A DNA stretch of 63,151 nt, the filler included, from Vannella sp. (lineage: Eukaryota): the NCBI GenBank assembly GCA_023345925.1. It is 6 parts of 6 records of this genome, joined end to end, with 100 filler letters (N's around TTAATTAATTAA, not from the genome) between each part and the next. Parts side by side here need not be neighbours in the genome. Positions count along the whole stretch, not along the records: positions 30,310 to 49,115 come from JAJQQN010001095.1; positions 49,216 to 57,343 come from JAJQQN010001321.1; positions 57,444 to 63,151 come from JAJQQN010001064.1; 3 more parts are not named here. One strand, given 5' to 3'. Shown piece by piece: positions 48,003 to 57,504 of the stretch. Below the pieces are notes generated by a model that saw only the letters and a program-made list of their open reading frames with translations, had not been told where the DNA came from and made no database searches. The position numbers were made by a program, and so were the translations under genes. Numbering within the stretch: the stretch's first letter is position 1; each line of letters opens with the position of its first letter.

Positions 48003-48581
48003 TCAGAGAAGCAGGCAGAGCCCGCTGGATCCTCCGCTCCGCTTGAGCCGTTTGAGAGCTTTGGGATCTATCTCAGGCTTCAAGCGTGACACTTCTCGAG
48101 AGAGTTGTTCGAAACCTTCTGTGACGTTGATGTTGTCCTTCGCGGAGGATTCGAAGGACGGGCAGCCGAACTCTTCCCCCAGGGAAGCACACAGCTCAAC
48201 GGGGACCTCTCTCATCTCTGAGAGATCGCACTTGTTACCAATGATGATCATTGGAACTTTGTCTGCGTTCTTAGCGCGAAGGATGGTGCCGTGGTAGCTG
48301 CGGAGCTCCTTTACTGAAGCCTCAGAGGTGATGGAGTACACACAGAGGAAGCCTTGGCCTGTTCGCACGTATGAAGAACGCATAGCGGAGAAGTCTTCTT
48401 GCCCAGCTGTATCCAAGATGTCCAAGACAAGGTGCTCCCCGTCCACCACCACCTGCTTCCGGTACGAGTCCTCAATGGTGGGATCATAGGCAGAAGTGAA
48501 AGCTCCTTTGATGAATTGAATAGTAAGAGAAGACTTTCCCACTCCACCAGCCCCCACAACGACGATACGCTGCTCTGTCAT
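48003..48581 (-). CDS. Ras-family small GTPase
   Basis: GAGGVGKS, YDPTIEDSY, DTAGQE, NKCD, SAK, CaaX CLLL. Confidence 0.97.
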   Translation of the reverse strand: MTEQRIVVVGAGGVGKSSLTIQFIKGAFTSAYDPTIEDSYRKQVVVDGEHLVLDILDTAGQEDFSAMRSSYVRTGQGFLCVYSITSEASVKELRSYHGTILRAKNADKVPMIIIGNKCDLSEMREVPVELCASLGEEFGCPSFESSAKDNINVTEGFEQLSREVSRLKPEIDPKALKRLKRSGGSSGLCLLL

Positions 48582-48758
48582 GAGCGGGAAGCAAACGAGG
48601 AATGCTCGCTTTGATCATTGCAAAATACAACGGCAAATATGATTGAATAAATGGGATGGAATTTGAAATTCTGGGTGGTGATCATTCCGTGGAGAAAGAT
48701 ATTTTCGAGATATTTTGCCGGATTGGCTCTGGGCTGTTCTGAAGCCAGTTTCAGGAGG

Positions 48759-49115
48759 ATGTCCATCAAGTGCAACATTTGTTGGGAAGAGCTCACTGGG
48801 GAGGCTTATCTGGCGCTAAGTTGCTCCCACATCTTCTGTAACTCTTTCTTTGAGTGAATCTACTTTTGAAACTCACTTTCGGGAGGTATTCGGGACGCAG
48901 AAACTTACTTCAGTAAGGACAGTTGCTGCCCTGTGTGTGATACACGACTCCGCTCTAGGTACGTTCTCCATTAACAATCTCAGCTGACTGGTGAAGGAAT
49001 GGTTTGGTCAAACTGTCCCTTCAAGTCCATGCGGAGAAGACCATCGCTCTGTGCGGACTTCCTCCCAAGAAGAGTAGGGTCATCAGTTGTAGAGGAATAG
49101 CCTAACATTATACAG
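48759..49115 (+). CDS. HEI10: HEI10/CCNB1IP1-like meiotic RING protein (3'-truncated by contig end)
   Basis: Spliced MSIKCNICWEELTGEAYLALSCSHIFCIRDA..CPVCDTRL..IALCGLPP. Confidence 0.7.
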
Positions 49116-49215
49116 NNNNNNNNNNNNNNNNNNNNNNNNNNNNNNNNNNNNNNNNNNNNTTAATTAATTAANNNNNNNNNNNNNNNNNNNNNNNNNNNNN
49201 NNNNNNNNNNNNNNN
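49116..49215. other. Artificial contig spacer
   Basis: N-run with TTAATTAATTAA. Confidence 0.98.
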
Positions 49216-50134
49216 TGGCCCGCAGCCGGTTCAGGTGGACTGGGGATGGAAACACTCCCTCGTCCTTGATGCGGAGGGTGGTGTGTGGAATGCTGGCCTC
49301 TCCCGGTGCTCTCCTTCCTCCAGTATCTTCCAGCAAGTACCATTAATACCTTGCATTGTTGCAGTTGCAGCTGGTGAGTCTCACAGTGCAGCCATCGACA
49401 CCGAAGGCGGCCTTTGGGTGTGGACGAGTGGAGAAGATCTCTTTTGGGCGATTTCTCTTCCCCAACGAGTGGAAGGGCTCCCCCCGATCCTCAAGGTGGC
49501 TTGTGGCAACAACTTCCTGGTGGCAGAGGCCGAAGAAGGCCTCTGGGTGTTGGGTAACAACTCCGAAGGGCAACTGGGCCTCGGCCACACCGACCGCGCT
49601 CTCCAGCCGACCCTTGTCCAGGTGGCAGACCTTTCCGAAGGACCTCTACGATGCCTGGCTGCCCTTAGGGATGGGGTGATCCTCATCGATTCGCAAGGAA
49701 GCGTCTTCTCTGCTGGAGAACAGTTCAATGGCCAACTAGGACGCTCTTCTGGGGATGCTTTGAAGCTTCAGCGAATCAGTGACATTCCTCCCATGGTAAC
49801 CGCCTCCTGCGGCTGCTCTCACACTCTCTGTCTGGACGAGAATGGCGGCGTCTGGACCTGGGGACAAGGTGAAGGGGGGACCGGGAACACTTCTCATCAG
49901 CCTGATCCTGTTACAATCCCTTCATTGAAGGGAACAAGCGCCCTGATTGCAGGAAGGGGCCATTCTCTAGCGTTCCCACAGGAAGGAGGCCTGCTGGTCT
50001 TCGGATACAACGAAAACGGACAACTCGGACTCAACCACAAGACCTATCAACCCACTCCAACGCTTTCCCCTTTCCAGCCCGCTCTTCCTCATTCATTGAC
50101 CCACAGCAGAAAGAAGAGTGCTCGCTTCCTTTAA
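49216..50134 (+). CDS. RCC1-repeat protein (5'-truncated)
   Basis: VAAGESHS, GNNSEGQLGLG, SCGCSHTL..VWTWG, FGYNENGQLGL; ends RKKSARFL. Confidence 0.9.
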
Positions 50135-50249
50135 TTTAACTCACTTTTGAGGATGAATTCGGCTCAACACGAGAAGAGGAGCACCAGAAACTCCAAATAA
50201 ACTCTTTGTGAACCGAAAAGGCGGGAGTTGAGAATGAAAAGGAAATCCG

Positions 50250-50370
50250 CGTAGCTTCCCCCAAGATGAGCCCCATCTCTTTAGGATCAGCTTTTGGACG
50301 TAGCTTGCCCTGATGACTTCCATCTCTTCAGGATAAGCTTTTGGACTGATTTCATTTTTCCACTTTTTGG
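50250..50370. repeat. Dispersed repeat, tandem copies B1 (50250-50298, diverged) and B2 (50299-50370)
   Basis: Two ~48-nt units CGTAGCTT..CCATCTCTT.AGGAT.AGCTTTTGGA followed by T-rich tail; B2 is 70/72 identical to 9179-9250. Confidence 0.9.
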
Positions 50371-51006
50371 CTTGAGACCCCAACAAGGGTAAATAATGCC
50401 CTCACCACCAGTGACTTCTCGTAATCCCGCACAGTGGTGGATGTACTCAAAATCCTGGGACAAACAGGAACACATGAGCATGAACGCGTTGCGATCAACT
50501 GAAATCGGGGAAGGGAGAAAGCGGGTAATCCTCGAGGAAGTATTCGAATTGCTGCCACATGTCGGAGGAGAGGCCGAGAGGTAAAGGAGCTGAGGCGAAT
50601 TAGACGAATGGACCGAGGAGGCAGCTTGCGTCAGGAAGAGGTGCGGGAGGTATGAATCACAAGGCTCTACATATCCTTGCGTTGTGAGAATTTTCGCGTT
50701 CCCACGCTCAGCTCAATCATCATCACCAGGGCAGACAAGCTCCAACAGCCGTTCATATTGACCACTGATCCCAAGTTTCTCTGGCGCACACAAAGAAGTG
50801 GTAAAAAGCGTTCCTTCGTCTCAGCAATTGCAATAAAGCAATCCATACTTCCCATGAGGAACTCAAGATTGGTCTCTCGCTCAGCAGCAGCAGAAATAGT
50901 ATTCATCACTTTCCTAAGTATATCAACTCCTCTAACGGTATTCCAACCTTTTCATCTCTCAATAAGGAGGTGCTGGAAGATTTTTTTGGTGGAGTTGGTT
51001 GATCAT

Positions 51007-52185
51007 TTATCTGTGAATCGCCTTTTTCGTTTTCGCAAATCGGTTTTGTAAGGGCTTGGAGGCTCCTCGGGGGAGGAATGGCAAGTGGACGGGAAGAGGA
51101 AGGGTAGCACCGAATCGGTTTTGTGGGAAGGCCCCGCTGGTGAACAGGCGGAGATCGTTGGTAAGGAAAGAGGTGGAATGAGCTCCGCAAGCTACCTCGG
51201 TAATGCAGGTTCCGTCGAAGAATTCGACGATCTTGGGGCGAAAGCAATTGTGCCTTCCACCATGACCCAACTGGCCTGACGAGTTTCCACCAAAGGTCAA
51301 AGCAATTCCAATACTAGTAACAATAGCAGCGTGATTGTGGCCACATGATAGGCGAGTGATGGTATCCGCTACATTCACGTGCTCCAGTGAAATAGAGATT
51401 TCTTGAGGGACTATTTCAGCGTCAGAGCGCCATCCAAGCCCCAATTGTCCATGTGTGTTGGATCCAAAACCGTAGAGACTGTTATTGGCCTTTAGGATGG
51501 TAAAATCAGGCCCACAGGAAAGGAGTTCAACTCTCTTTCCTTCCAAAGTTGTGACCAAAGTCATCTCACGAGTTTCCGTTTGAAAGGGCTCCGTGAGACC
51601 CAATGCACCAGTAAAACTCTTTCCATATGCATACAAGCTATCCTCAGTGGAACAAAGGACGTGGGAGTTCCCACTGGCGACTAATATCACTTGGTGCCGA
51701 AAAGGGATCTTCCTTGGGGGCGCCAGTGCAAAGGCCCTGGCGTGATAGATACCTTCTTCAGCAACTATAAAGAGACTTCGCGCCATAGAAGTGATTGTCT
51801 TCACTCTCAGAAGGTGTGGAAGGCGCAGTACAATGTCGCGAACTAAAAGATCCCCTTCCGACAAGATAGCCGTCATCGCTCCTCGAGAGGATACTTGTAA
51901 CACCTTTCTGTTATGAAGAGGAGGTTGACGCGCTTCGCTATCCACCATCCAAAGCTGCGACTCCGAATCCACACACAAAAGAAGGGTGCTCTGGTAATGA
52001 ATGATCGTCTGGTGATGGAATGCCACCGCAGAAGGCTGCGCATTCACGCTCTCCTGATGTTCCAACCTTACGTCCTCTTCCTCCTCTTCTGCCCTCGCCT
52101 CTTCCTGAATGGCGAACGAATGCCAAGCCTTCTTCGCCGCCCAATACCCCACCAACACCGCCAAAGTCACCCAAAAAGCCCACAT
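51007..52185 (-). CDS. RCC1-repeat protein with N-terminal hydrophobic anchor
   Basis: MWAFWVTLAVLVGYW; VASGNSHV, FGSNTHGQLGLG, SCGHNHA, FGGNSSGQLGHG, VACGAHST. Confidence 0.88.
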   Translation of the reverse strand: MWAFWVTLAVLVGYWAAKKAWHSFAIQEEARAEEEEEDVRLEHQESVNAQPSAVAFHHQTIIHYQSTLLLCVDSESQLWMVDSEARQPPLHNRKVLQVSSRGAMTAILSEGDLLVRDIVLRLPHLLRVKTITSMARSLFIVAEEGIYHARAFALAPPRKIPFRHQVILVASGNSHVLCSTEDSLYAYGKSFTGALGLTEPFQTETREMTLVTTLEGKRVELLSCGPDFTILKANNSLYGFGSNTHGQLGLGWRSDAEIVPQEISISLEHVNVADTITRLSCGHNHAAIVTSIGIALTFGGNSSGQLGHGGRHNCFRPKIVEFFDGTCITEVACGAHSTSFLTNDLRLFTSGAFPQNRFGATLPLPVHLPFLPRGASKPLQNRFAKTKKAIHR

Positions 52186-52278
52186 GCCCCTTCCAACACT
52201 CAAGTAATGACCAAAAGCAGCTATTGCCCCTCGAGCCAAGGGGAAGAGAGCTCTCGGGCTCGTGTTTGAGTGGGCTGT

Positions 52279-52339
52279 CCTAATGACCTCCATCTCTTCG
52301 GGATAAGCTTTTAAGCTGATTTCAAAATTTCACTTTTTG
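52279..52339. repeat. Dispersed repeat, diverged copy C
   Basis: ATGACCTCCATCTCTTC.GGATAAGCTTTT...CTGATTTCA....TCACTTTTTG matches copies A and B. Confidence 0.8.
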
Positions 52340-52365
52340 ATGGGGAAGCGAAGCGAAAGGAAGAT

Positions 52366-52878
52366 TCAATTTAGGGAACGAGAAAGACAAGGATGGGAAC
52401 TGGAGGAAGGAATCCTTTGGAGAGCGGCAAAAGCCTTTTTTGATTTGTTCCTTTTGGCAACCTGACGAGGAGTGAAGCCGTCTTCGTTCTTCGTGTGGAG
52501 AGAGGACTGACTCCCAGATTCTAGCAGTAAAAGGACGACTTTTTCGTGGTCATACTCAGCAGCCCAGTGCATTGGAGTGTTTCCTTCAGAGTCGAGCGCA
52601 GTTACAGAGGCTTTGTGTTGAAGAAGTAACCGGATGATGTCCAAGTCGCCTTCTTTGCATGCCCAATGGAGGACTGATTCAAGGTAGATGTTCTGCGCGT
52701 TGGTTTTAGCTCCTCTCTCAACCAGGTAGCGAACGGTCTCTTCATTTCCACCAAGCACGGCGTAGTGTAGAGGGGTTGACTCCAGGACTGAGGACGAGTT
52801 GATATCCTTCCAGTGCCGGTCCAGCGAGGACTTTCGGAATCGACCACAGGCAGCCAAACGGAAGATAGGTGAGTCCAT
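52366..52878 (-). CDS. Ankyrin-repeat protein (paralogue 1 of head-to-head pair)
   Basis: STPLHYAV, SVLHWAC, NTPMHWAA, GFTPRQVA. Confidence 0.9.
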   Translation of the reverse strand: MDSPIFRLAACGRFRKSSLDRHWKDINSSSVLESTPLHYAVLGGNEETVRYLVERGAKTNAQNIYLESVLHWACKEGDLDIIRLLLQHKASVTALDSEGNTPMHWAAEYDHEKVVLLLLESGSQSSLHTKNEDGFTPRQVAKRNKSKKAFAALQRIPSSSSHPCLSRSLN

Positions 52879-53193
52879 TGTCTGCGGATGATTGAATAAT
52901 GAATCAAAGGAACCGAACAACTGGAAGCAACTATTGAGTTCAAGGAACGGGCGCGTATCTCCGAATCGGTTAGAAGTATTTAATCCCTCTTTGGCAACAG
53001 CCCCAAGTTAGGCTCAACCAATCGCGATGGCCATGCAAAAGTTGTTTGCAAAGCACTCAAAAAGGAAATAAGTGCAAAATCGCTCCCACTTTGGACAAGA
53101 AAAGGAGCGTTTTGCCCCAACAGTTGACCCAACAGCCGCAAATCGATGCTGTTCCGACCAGACAGTCCAGACAGCTCCATTTCCACACAGCTA

Positions 53194-53688
53194 ATGGACT
53201 TGGCCATCTTCCGCTTGGTAGTCGGTGGTCGATTCCATAGGGAGTCTCTCGATCTGCACTTCGATTCGGAGTTGGACACACTTTCAAGTCTGGAGTCGAC
53301 ACCCCTTCATTATGCCATTCTGGGTGGGAATGAGGAGACCGTTCGTTACCTCCTGTTGAGAGGAGCTCTTGTGAACGCCCACAATATATTCCGAGAAACT
53401 GCTCTTCACTGGGCTTGCAAAGAAGGCAACCCCATGATTGTCCGACTTCTCCTTCAGCACGGCGCCTTTCCGAACGTCTTGGACACGGAAAGAAACACTC
53501 CCTTGCACTGGGCTGCGGAGTACGATCACAAGGATATCATCCTACTTCTTCTTGAGAACAACTGTGAGGCTTCTCTGCACATCAAGAATGAAGATGGCCT
53601 AAATCCTCTCCAAGTGGCGAAACAGAACAGATCCAAACAAGCTTCGGAAGTGCTCCGGTCCAGGCCTCGAGCTTCGTGGACTTGGTGA
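53194..53688 (+). CDS. Ankyrin-repeat protein (paralogue 2 of head-to-head pair)
   Basis: STPLHYAI, TALHWAC, NTPLHWAA; colinear with 52366-52878. Confidence 0.9.
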   Translation: MDLAIFRLVVGGRFHRESLDLHFDSELDTLSSLESTPLHYAILGGNEETVRYLLLRGALVNAHNIFRETALHWACKEGNPMIVRLLLQHGAFPNVLDTERNTPLHWAAEYDHKDIILLLLENNCEASLHIKNEDGLNPLQVAKQNRSKQASEVLRSRPRASWTW

Positions 53689-53704
53689 TGGCAAAAAGAG
53701 GCCA

Positions 53705-53812
53705 AAAGGAGTTCAACTCTCTTTCCTTCCAAGTGGAGACCAAAGTCATCTCGAGTTTCCATTTGAAAGGGCTCTGTGAGACCTGATGCACCAGTAAAGC
53801 TCTCCTCATATG
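53705..53812 (-). pseudogene. Degenerate fragment of the RCC1 gene (copy of 51519-51629)
   Basis: AAAGGAGTTCAACTCTCTTTCCTTCCAA..ACCAAAGTCATCTC..TTTGAAAGGGCTC..ATGCACCAGTAAA shared, with small indels. Confidence 0.8.
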
Positions 53813-53990
53813 TCTCACCCTGCAGCGTTTCAAGTGCACAACCAAAAGAGTCTCCCAGCAGGGCGATGCGTGGCCTACACCTTGTTCACTCCTATTTCTC
53901 GACCAAGATCGACGGCAACGTCTCCTAAGCTCATAAACATGTGATTGAGTGGATTGTTCAATAGGGTGGTCCCGAAAATGGGGCAACTTC

Positions 53991-54026
53991 CTGATTGGTT
54001 GATTGACGGGTCCTGTTCTGATTGGA
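53991..54026. promoter_or_regulatory. Paired inverted CCAAT boxes (CTGATTGG x2) upstream of the gene at 54112
   Basis: CTGATTGGTT and CTGATTGGAC about 28 nt apart, ~90-120 nt before the ATG. Confidence 0.4.
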
Positions 54027-54111
54027 CAGCTCCTTTTTTCGGTTAGCACACAATGAATGACCATAATCTTGGTTTCGAAGTGGAATTCCTATGCCATATT
54101 ACATCACGCAC

Positions 54112-54480
54112 ATGGAAGCCGACCCACTACTCCCTGACACATTGGCTAAAGGTTTGGTTTATGAAACGTGTGGTGAAGGGAATGAAGCGCAGTATGTCGC
54201 AATGGGTAACTCTATTGAATGGAGTACCAATCCTCTGCTCTTCGTGAGACAAAACCGCGTCGATCCAGCGATCTGTGTGTGCGGTTGCCTTCTGGGCTGC
54301 ACCGTTCCTTGCTTCGCTCTCTGCTGCCTTCCCCTCTTCTCCACCAAAGACGAACGAAAGAGCTTCAAACTTGGCTGCTGCATCCCTCTCGCGTCCTTTG
54401 GTGTCCTTTGCGCTATCGCTTTCGTCATCGCCGCGTTCGTGGTCCTCGTTGTGGTCCTTCACAAATACGTCTACACTTGA
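54112..54480 (+). CDS. Small Cys-rich membrane protein of unknown function
   Basis: 122-aa ORF with a Cys-rich hydrophobic segment and C-terminal TM. Confidence 0.55.
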   Translation: MEADPLLPDTLAKGLVYETCGEGNEAQYVAMGNSIEWSTNPLLFVRQNRVDPAICVCGCLLGCTVPCFALCCLPLFSTKDERKSFKLGCCIPLASFGVLCAIAFVIAAFVVLVVVLHKYVYT

Positions 54481-54529
54481 CCCAGGGCCTTGCCTACCTT
54501 CTTATTAAATGTATTTTATTCCCCTCCCC

Positions 54530-56347
54530 ATGGGCCAGGCTCCCAGCACCTCTTTTGAGGCTTCCACCAACCCGTTCACTGATGTACAGGTCGTTGTGGG
54601 CCACAAGGACCGCGTGAGATGCTTGGTCAAGGTCAACAAGCACTTGATTGCTTCAGGAGCGGACGATGGGAGTGTGGTGGTGTGGGACTCGCTGGCGGGG
54701 AGTCGGGTTCACTCGCTGAACGGCCATACGTTGCCAATCACGTGTCTCTTAGCTGTTCCCTTGGGTAAAGGTCAAGAGGTGTTGGTGAGTGGTTCTAGCG
54801 ACCGCACCATCCGCGTGTGGGACATCACATCAGGCCAATGTCTCTACAAACTCTCTGGACACAACGGGAGCGTCACTTGCCTCGTCCAGCTAACAGGTAG
54901 TCCTCACCTGGTGTGTTCTGGTGGCAATGACAAGTAAGCTGGGCCTCCCTCTTCCTCCCTTCTCTTCCTGACGAGGATCTTCAGCCTTATCGTCGTCTGG
55001 AACATGTTAACGGGAGAACAAGTCGGTGTGATCACTCGTAATGAGGAAGAGAACCTCTACTGTATGATATCCCTCCCTAACGGGCTCCTGGTGACGGGAT
55101 CCGAGTCAAAGATCCTTTACGTGTACGATACAAAGGAGTTATGCTACAAGAAGTTCCTTGCTGTCATCCACGACAAGTCAGTTACATGTTTAGTCAACCT
55201 CAATGGTACGTAGCACTCCAAAAGAGCCGCAATCCTGACCTGGGAGCGCAGCAACACTCTTTGCGAGCGCTTCCGCTGATGGATCGATCGTTATCTACGA
55301 TGCAGTCAACCTTTCAGTAACGTGCCGTCTACAGCAAGCTCCTGCAGTCTCTACCAGTCGCAGAGCCTCCAAATCCTCTCAGCTCGACCGAATGGTGAAC
55401 CATCTTTCGATGATAGGCCAAGCCTTCCTTGCTTCTGCCGTGGGAACAGGGTAAGGAGTAGAACAACCACCACGTTTGCACCTTCTGACAAGGTCGCCAG
55501 CTTCAAGATCTTCCACATTCACTCAGGGCAGTGCGTTTACGAATGCACGAATGGACATTTGGGTCCTGTGGCTGACATTATCCCTTTGTACGATGCGACA
55601 CGCTTGATAAGCTGCTCTAGTGATGGTCATATGCGTCTTTGGGGCTCTCCAAGTCACCAGACACTGCCACAAGTCTTCAAAACGGGAGACAAGATGACTA
55701 CGAGGGCCCAAAGGGCGGACTCTGGAGCGAATATGGCCCAAAAGGAGACTCTCTTAGTACGGAGGGACAATGCAGATATCGCAGAAGCCAAACTTCTCGC
55801 CAATCTCGCTGTTCACTCGGATGCAGTGACGAGATTGGTGGCCATCTCTCCCTTTGAGTTCGCTTCCGCTGGCAATGACGGGCTGATTGTCTTTTGGAGG
55901 GTTCGTCTCTCTCTTTCAGAGGCTGTCACATCACTTATCTCTTCGCAAGGACGGGCGGCTGTTGCAAGAACTCCGCAATTTCCAATCTTCAGAGAATCTA
56001 CGAGTTCATCAAGTTCAGCACTTGACTCGCTTTGAGCTTCCTCAAGGTTCAGGTTCCAAGAACAACCCGGAGAGAGGGGAGGACGAAGATAGCTTTAGCG
56101 GGGATACTGTGGACGATATCGAAGTGAATGGATCCATGGAGTCTCTCCAGGAACAGACTCAGGTCACGTTTAAGCCCAAAGCAGAGTTACTAGATCGTTC
56201 ACTATACTCCCCTGCACAACTGAAGCTAATTGACCACCTAATAGCCATGAAACGCACAACAGGTGGGGCTTGAACTCCTGATACCCTTGACTGGGGCTCA
56301 CTAACCCGACCAAGCAATGAACAGAGATTCCTCTGGAGTTCCATTAG
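54530..56347 (+). CDS. WDR41: WD40 protein, WDR41-like, multi-exon (3' end 56273 or 56347)
   Basis: NPFTDVQVVVGHKDRVRCL..ASGADDGSVVVWD..LNGHTLPITC and C-terminal ASAGNDGLIVFWRDG..ELRN resemble WDR41. Confidence 0.7.
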
Positions 56348-56630
56348 GGCAAGCAGTTCCCTTCACTATCCCCAACGGCCGAGTAATGCCGAATGCAACG
56401 TTACCCAGCCACACTCTCGAATACGCCAGAATCCTCAAACTAGAGAAGAAGGCAAGTCCCCACCCTTCTATACAACCCCCATAACTAACATCCCTCAGAA
56501 AACTGCCACGGAAGTGTGCGATATCCTCCAAGAACAAGGTTACAGCGACTCTTTCGTCCGTACCTTGGCCAGGCGCCTGTGAGGGGGCACTCGAGTACAA
56601 ACAAATCATTTATATATTACAGCTATCTGG

Positions 56631-57221
56631 CTAGTTGCAGATGAAAGCCAGACGGTGGGCCTCTGATCGACTTGGAGGGGATGCAGATGTTGCATCAGGG
56701 GAGGATCCATTCCTCGCTAAAGAAGTGAACGAACTGAGGACTAGAGCGGTTGCTTTGATTTCGGTGGTGGTTACGTCCTCCTCCAGAGGGGATGTGGAAG
56801 GAGATGTCCAGGATACTTCGGGCATCTCCGAGGGTGCGCCTCTTTCACACCAGAAAGCTGTCAGGAAGGGCTCATTGGGGTTGTTGGGGATGATTTGGAA
56901 GTGCCACAGCTTGTACGCAGGGACGTCCGAGGCAGAACAGGAGTCGATCTTCTTCTTCCGTGGAATCAGCTTGGCAAAGGAGACAGTTGCGTTCAAAGAA
57001 GCAAGAGGAGCCAGTTTGCGCCCTTTTGTTTGGTTCCACCTCCAAGAGGGACCTGTGGGAATGCGTCGGACGCGGAGAGGAAGGGAAAAGATGGAGATGC
57101 TGTCGTTGGTCCACACTCTCGAAGAGATGGAAGATGCTGGTTGAGCCGCATGAGAGGACAATGCCGAGTTGAGAACTTCAAGGGCTCGTTGGTGTTCGGG
57201 TTTCAGTGTCGCGGAAGCCAT
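56631..57221 (-). CDS. Uncharacterised protein, member 2 of the WxWxQ/PxYKxW/CERG domain family
   Basis: Intronless 196-aa ORF; aligns with 16366-17115; Ser/Pro/Thr-rich tail ending LAFICN. Confidence 0.7.
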   Translation of the reverse strand: MASATLKPEHQRALEVLNSALSSHAAQPASSISSRVWTNDSISIFSLPLRVRRIPTGPSWRWNQTKGRKLAPLASLNATVSFAKLIPRKKKIDSCSASDVPAYKLWHFQIIPNNPNEPFLTAFWCERGAPSEMPEVSWTSPSTSPLEEDVTTTEIKATALVLSSFTSLARNGSSPDATSASPPSRSEAHRLAFICN

Positions 57222-57343
57222 GATGGGGAGAAATGAAAAAAAGACGGGTTACGGGCAGCTTCTCGAGAACCAGCCGGGTTCTCTTTCCTGATTGAGCATT
57301 CTTTGAAACTCGGCAGAATGTGGTGGAGAGTCAGGGCATAACC

Positions 57344-57443
57344 NNNNNNNNNNNNNNNNNNNNNNNNNNNNNNNNNNNNNNNNNNNNTTAATTAATTAAN
57401 NNNNNNNNNNNNNNNNNNNNNNNNNNNNNNNNNNNNNNNNNNN
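57344..57443. other. Artificial contig spacer
   Basis: N-run with TTAATTAATTAA. Confidence 0.98.
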
Positions 57444-57504
57444 AGTGAAGAGCGTCTTCCAGGCCTCTCGTGTTTGCCAAGCGGATGCAGACAAAGCAAG
57501 GTGG

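Noticed and set aside
50250..50370. Tandem ~48-nt units as a CRISPR array
   Set aside because: No unique spacers, only two units, no cas genes, eukaryotic context
50287..50920. Minus-strand frame interrupted only by TGA codons (possible recoding or selenoprotein)
   Set aside because: No recognisable protein or SECIS; TGA is a normal stop in many genes here; probably decayed sequence
9076..57443. Five identical N-TTAATTAATTAA-N blocks
   Set aside because: Artificial six-frame-stop contig linkers; synteny across them is meaningless
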